This document shows positions 62,746 to 64,000 of a stretch of 64,000 nt of DNA, piece by piece. Source of the stretch: Methanotrichaceae archaeon (GTDB lineage Archaea; Halobacteriota; Methanosarcinia; Methanotrichales; Methanotrichaceae); the NCBI GenBank assembly GCA_963754945.1, contig CAVWIG010000014.1:1-64000 (forward strand), read 5' to 3'. A model generated the notes under the pieces. It made no database searches. It was given only the letters and a program-made list of their open reading frames with translations, and was not told the origin of the DNA. The position numbers and the translations under genes are program-made. The stretch's first letter is position 1. Every line of letters starts with the position of its first letter.

Positions 62746-63928
62746 ATGGATGGTGCGCTGTTCGAGGAGATCTCGGTGCTCGCACCTTTCATAGCGTTAA
62801 GACATATAACAACGCGCAGAAGGCAGACCATCCTGTCTGTCCTGGCCATCGGAGTGGCCGTAGCTGCGGTTCTTGTATTCATTTCGCTACAGGACGGGTT
62901 CCAGGGGATGCTGTTCAATATAATAGTTGATGATTTGTCCCACGTCACCGTCACCCCAAAGGAAGGAGACGACTACATCTATCTATACAGAAACCTCATG
63001 GACAGGATTTGGTCAATTCCAGGAGTAACGGCTGTTTCTCCTGGCTTAGGCACGACGGCAACCTTCACTCACAAGGACAATGTAGAAAACGTGGCCATGT
63101 CAGGAGTGAATCCCTCCGATATGGACAAAATCTACAAAATCGGCCAATACGTGATCCGTGGAGATCTGGCGTCCATCCAGGATGGGAACAAAGTAGTTTT
63201 GGGCCAAAAGTTGGCAGACAACCTGAAGGTGAAGCTGGGAGACACAGTCGACGCCAGCTTTCCCGATGCAAGAAGTACCAGCCTCGTGGTCTCTGGAATA
63301 TTCAATTCGCCGACAGGCTGGCCTGAGGACATAGCCTTTGTCTCTCTTTCCACTGCCAGGAATTTCCTGAACAAAGGAGACGTTGCCTCATCAGTGGACA
63401 TTAAGCTGGAAGATGTCTATCAGGCAGATGCAGTGGCAAGTTCTTAGAGGGTACGGCTACAAGGCTGATAGCTGGCAGCAGCTTTACCCTGAGATCCTTC
63501 GCACTTTAGTCATCGAGCGCTTCCAGAACCTACTGATAAACCTGTTAATACTGATCATTGCCGCCTTCGGGATAGGGAGCGTGATGTACATGCTCGTAAA
63601 CGAGAAGACGAGCGAAATAGGAATGCTCATGGCCCTGGGAGCGACAAGCCATGCCATAAGGAATATTTTCTTAGTGGAAAGCGGCATCCTAGGATCGATA
63701 GGCGGGGTTGCTGGAGCTATTGTAGGATTGCTTATTTCCCTGTACCTGAAGAGCAAAGAGATCCGGATGGAGGCACCAGGAGGTCAGATGATCACTCTGC
63801 CCGTGGTGATCAATCCGTGGAACTTTCTGATCATCGTGATGTTGGCGGCTGCCTTGAGCGTTATAATCAGTGCATATCCGGCCTGGAAGGCGTCCCGCCT
63901 TGACCCAGTGGAAGCCATAAAGGGTTAG
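62746..63928 (+). pseudogene. MacB/LolE-type ABC permease, frameshifted near 63440
   Basis: N-terminal half RRRQTILSVLAI...periplasmic core; C-terminal half SWQQ...EKTSEIGMLMALGA...YPAWKASRLDPVEAI in another frame. Confidence 0.85.
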
Positions 63929-63933
63929 CCACC

Positions 63934-64000
63934 ATGTACGAGTTCACCGTCGCTCAGAAACATATATTGAGAAACCCTAAGATGGCTCTGTTCACCATCG
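63934..64000 (+). CDS. Start of a second MacB/LolE-type permease (partial)
   Basis: MYEFTVAQKHILRNPKMALFTI, running off the window. Confidence 0.65.
   Translation, partial: MYEFTVAQKHILRNPKMALFTI

Noticed and set aside
63445-63447. In-frame TAG as a possible pyrrolysine codon
   Set aside because: Read-through hits TGA within a few codons, and the homologous sequence continues in a different frame.

Overview
This is chromosomal DNA from a methanogenic archaeon, most consistent with Methanothrix/Methanotrichales (inferred from gene content: methanogenesis marker 9, ftr, porCDAB-purO, archaeal ADH synthase, radB, and many Asn/Tyr-rich secreted hypotheticals). Housekeeping blocks alternate with accessory segments. 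The accessory segments hold four IS copies from three families (IS5 x2, IS630, IS256), two large PAS histidine kinases (one split by IS5), two hicB genes whose hicA partners are decayed, and several lineage-specific families of secreted proteins. The best candidate for an undescribed system is 33.1-38.5 kb. It encodes an extracellular sensor/solute-binding domain fused directly to about 100 pentapeptide repeats, a second secreted pentapeptide protein with the same C-terminal cap, and two members of a small 'DLAFxLxTH...PNG..PGLA' family, one fused to a Cys-His-Asp transglutaminase-like domain. In the first gene, a 13-bp tandem duplication puts the signal peptide out of frame. I found no rRNA, tRNA or CRISPR array. 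All product calls come from reading motifs, not from database searches.
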